This document shows, in pieces, positions 62,094-64,000 of a DNA stretch of 64,000 nt. Source of the stretch: a virus (Duplodnaviria > Caudoviricetes). The stretch lies in IMG/VR virus record IMGVR_UViG_3300037067_026422; one strand, written 5' to 3'. Under the pieces are notes generated by a model. The model saw nothing but the letters and a program-made list of their open reading frames with translations, searched no databases and was not told the DNA's origin. Positions within the stretch are counted from its first letter, which is position 1. The number at the start of each line of letters is the position of its first letter. Position numbers and translations under genes: made by a program.

Positions 62094-62774
62094 ATGAAAG
62101 CAGCTCCAGTCAGTGAATCAATACCCGTCAAAACTTCATTTCTGTCACGAGCAGCTGTAGCAAGAAAAAGCTGGTACCTCGACAGGAAGAGTATTAGGCA
62201 ACCCTCACAGTATCACTGGACGCTAAAAGAACGTGCCATCCTATATGATTTAAGAGTTATACATAAGAAATCTATCCCTGAAATCCAGAGATATTTCCGA
62301 AAACTTAGTGGTACTCCTATTTATCTTGGTACGAACTACGATAATGATAAATATTCACGTACCCGACTTCATAATCAAATTCGCATCGTCCGTGGGACCA
62401 TGAATGGACTCTGTCATAAATGCCGTAAGAAGCTCTCAAAAGATGACCTCAAGCGTATCAACAGACGAGATAAAGAAGATCCCTCTATGGGGCTCTGCAG
62501 TGCTTGTGCTGAGGATGTTTCGGACTACAAGAGAACTGCCCGTAAAAAAGCCCTCAAGGAAGGCATCTGTCCTATCTGCTCCAAGAGGAAGATCCTGCCC
62601 GGATACACGACATGTATAAAGTGCCTGAGTGCTTCTCATCGTCAGAGATACATAGAGGGACTCTGTGGTAGATGCGGGGATAAACCTCTGGCAAAGAATA
62701 GCATTTCTTTATGCAGTGCTTGTCTCAAGGAGACACGGGAGTTAGCCAGAGAATATCGTAAAAAACAAAAGTAA
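62094..62774 (+). CDS. Basic protein with Myb/HTH-like segment and multiple CxxC zinc fingers
   Basis: WTLKERAILYDL...SIPEIQ; six CxxC motifs. Confidence 0.75.
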   Translation: MKAAPVSESIPVKTSFLSRAAVARKSWYLDRKSIRQPSQYHWTLKERAILYDLRVIHKKSIPEIQRYFRKLSGTPIYLGTNYDNDKYSRTRLHNQIRIVRGTMNGLCHKCRKKLSKDDLKRINRRDKEDPSMGLCSACAEDVSDYKRTARKKALKEGICPICSKRKILPGYTTCIKCLSASHRQRYIEGLCGRCGDKPLAKNSISLCSACLKETRELAREYRKKQK

Positions 62775-62799
62775 TCTTTTTTTATAACATTTTTTAACT

Positions 62800-63375
62800 A
62801 TGGGAGGTTTCATGTCAAGTAAACAGCGTTTGATCGTGTGGTGCAGTCTCGGTGGAGGGGGGATACTCACGAGTCTTATTCTTAGCATGATGTACTTTGG
62901 TACAGTCAACAATCATGCAGATATCCACAACCAAGCAGCGGCGCAGCAGAAAGCCAATGAGGTCATCTATGACGAGGTCTGGAAGGTACTCGCACAGAAA
63001 GCCGGTATCCTGGAAAAATACGCCGCTGATTTCAAATCGGTTTACACTTCGATCTTTGATGAACGATACCAGGGAGAAAACTCAGGGCAGTCACCGGCGT
63101 TTAAGTGGGTAGTCGAGCACAACCCGAGCTTCTCCGTGGAGATGTACAAAGATCTGTCGTCTGCTGTCGAAATCTATCGCGGTAAATTCTCCAGAGTGCA
63201 GCAGCGTTTGATTGACATCAAACGGGAAGACGATAATATGCACACCAAAATTCCAAGTAAGTGGTTCGTCGGCGGAAAGAAGGATTTGGAGATCAACATC
63301 GTGACATCAACCAAGACCGAAAAAGTCTTCATGACGGGCAAAGAAGATGACATCGAGCTGTTCCAGAAGAAGTAA
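62800..63375 (+). CDS. Membrane-anchored helical protein (LemA-like topology)
   Basis: N-terminal transmembrane helix, helical ectodomain, ends TS.KT..VF.TG.ED. Confidence 0.7.
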   Translation: MGGFMSSKQRLIVWCSLGGGGILTSLILSMMYFGTVNNHADIHNQAAAQQKANEVIYDEVWKVLAQKAGILEKYAADFKSVYTSIFDERYQGENSGQSPAFKWVVEHNPSFSVEMYKDLSSAVEIYRGKFSRVQQRLIDIKREDDNMHTKIPSKWFVGGKKDLEINIVTSTKTEKVFMTGKEDDIELFQKK

Positions 63376-63438
63376 ACTACTCTGAAGCACGCACTCCTAT
63401 GGGGTGAGTGCTCTTATCTTTGAAAAAGGATCAAAAGT

Positions 63439-64000
63439 ATGGCAACAGTATCTTATGTCTCATCTCGAATACAAGGAGCCTGGCTTACTTGGTTGTTCCG
63501 GCATCTGTGGGTCGAGGGTAATGAACTAAAAGCTGTCAAGATATGGTGTGATACTTTTCCAGATTTAGCTTCAAGGGAATATTTGGATGAGTACTTTATC
63601 CCTATCGTATCCGGAAAAAAGAAATTCATTGGTGAGTCAGATCCTGGATTCGATGTCGAAGATGACAATCGGTGTTGTTGGGATCCGGACCAGTCTGGTA
63701 AGGATAATACATCATTTCCACTGCTTGATAGCTGGCATGATGTGATTCTCCTCAAAAAAGTACACCTCTATATTGCTGAACTTGAACTACGTTCTTTTCG
63801 GTTAAACAGAACCTGTGCTCAAACACTGGAAGGATGCGGAGGGTATTCCCATAAATGGATCCAGGCTGTTGAGGAAAATAAATGCGAAAATACCCTTCGA
63901 AAAAAAGTGAACGAATACTGGACTGCAATTCACAATATCTCCATGCAATTTGCTCTGGATCTGAATCTTGAAATGCTTCCTACAGAAGATATCCCTTTAT
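63439..64000 (+). CDS. Hypothetical protein, truncated by the window end
   Basis: AAGGA RBS; ATG 63439 (MATVSYVSSRIQGAW...); no stop seen before the end. Confidence 0.65.
   Translation, partial: MATVSYVSSRIQGAWLTWLFRHLWVEGNELKAVKIWCDTFPDLASREYLDEYFIPIVSGKKKFIGESDPGFDVEDDNRCCWDPDQSGKDNTSFPLLDSWHDVILLKKVHLYIAELELRSFRLNRTCAQTLEGCGGYSHKWIQAVEENKCENTLRKKVNEYWTAIHNISMQFALDLNLEMLPTEDIPL

Noticed and set aside
62094-62774. Cas12/TnpB-like effector next to the array
   Set aside because: Zinc fingers are present but I see no RuvC catalytic motifs, and the repeat is I-E type.
1-64000. Alternative genetic code, tRNA genes, and most minus-strand ORFs in the track
   Set aside because: TAA, TAG and TGA all end genes with tight coupling to the next start; no cloverleaf was seen; most minus ORFs shadow + strand genes.
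1-64000. Apparent excess of GATC sites
   Set aside because: Visual impression only; needs a Markov-corrected k-mer count.

Overview
The window looks like part of a large (jumbo-type) bacteriophage genome. It holds well over 100 short, tightly packed, mostly hypothetical ORFs, nearly all on the + strand, read in the standard genetic code. I found no structural genes, rRNA or tRNA. Recognisable genes: radical SAM protein, ClpS-like adaptor, MoxR-type AAA+ ATPase with a HEXXH/VWA partner, WGR-domain ATP-dependent DNA ligase, HNH nuclease, three type IV minor-pilin-like genes, truncated FtsK, sigma70-r4 protein, pseudo-receiver and YkgJ-like Cys-cluster protein. Signals not shown by the ORF track: (1) three twister ribozymes with covarying helices at 2.6-3.3 kb; (2) a 19-bp palindrome AGGNTCT-N5-AGANCCT repeated dozens of times over ~10-33 kb, often on the RBS/ATG; (3) about 20 otherwise different proteins sharing a ~25-30 aa 'LPL.IN...IA.WRL' module, usually C-terminal; (4) a Cas-less type I-E mini CRISPR array preceded by a separately promoted structured RNA with a kink-turn and an anti-repeat; (5) three leader + (Ser-X)n peptides; (6) a sharp C-rich to G-rich skew switch near 33.4 kb; (7) two promoter-like motif families and an exact 13-mer found 7 times. 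All calls were made by eye; no searches were run.
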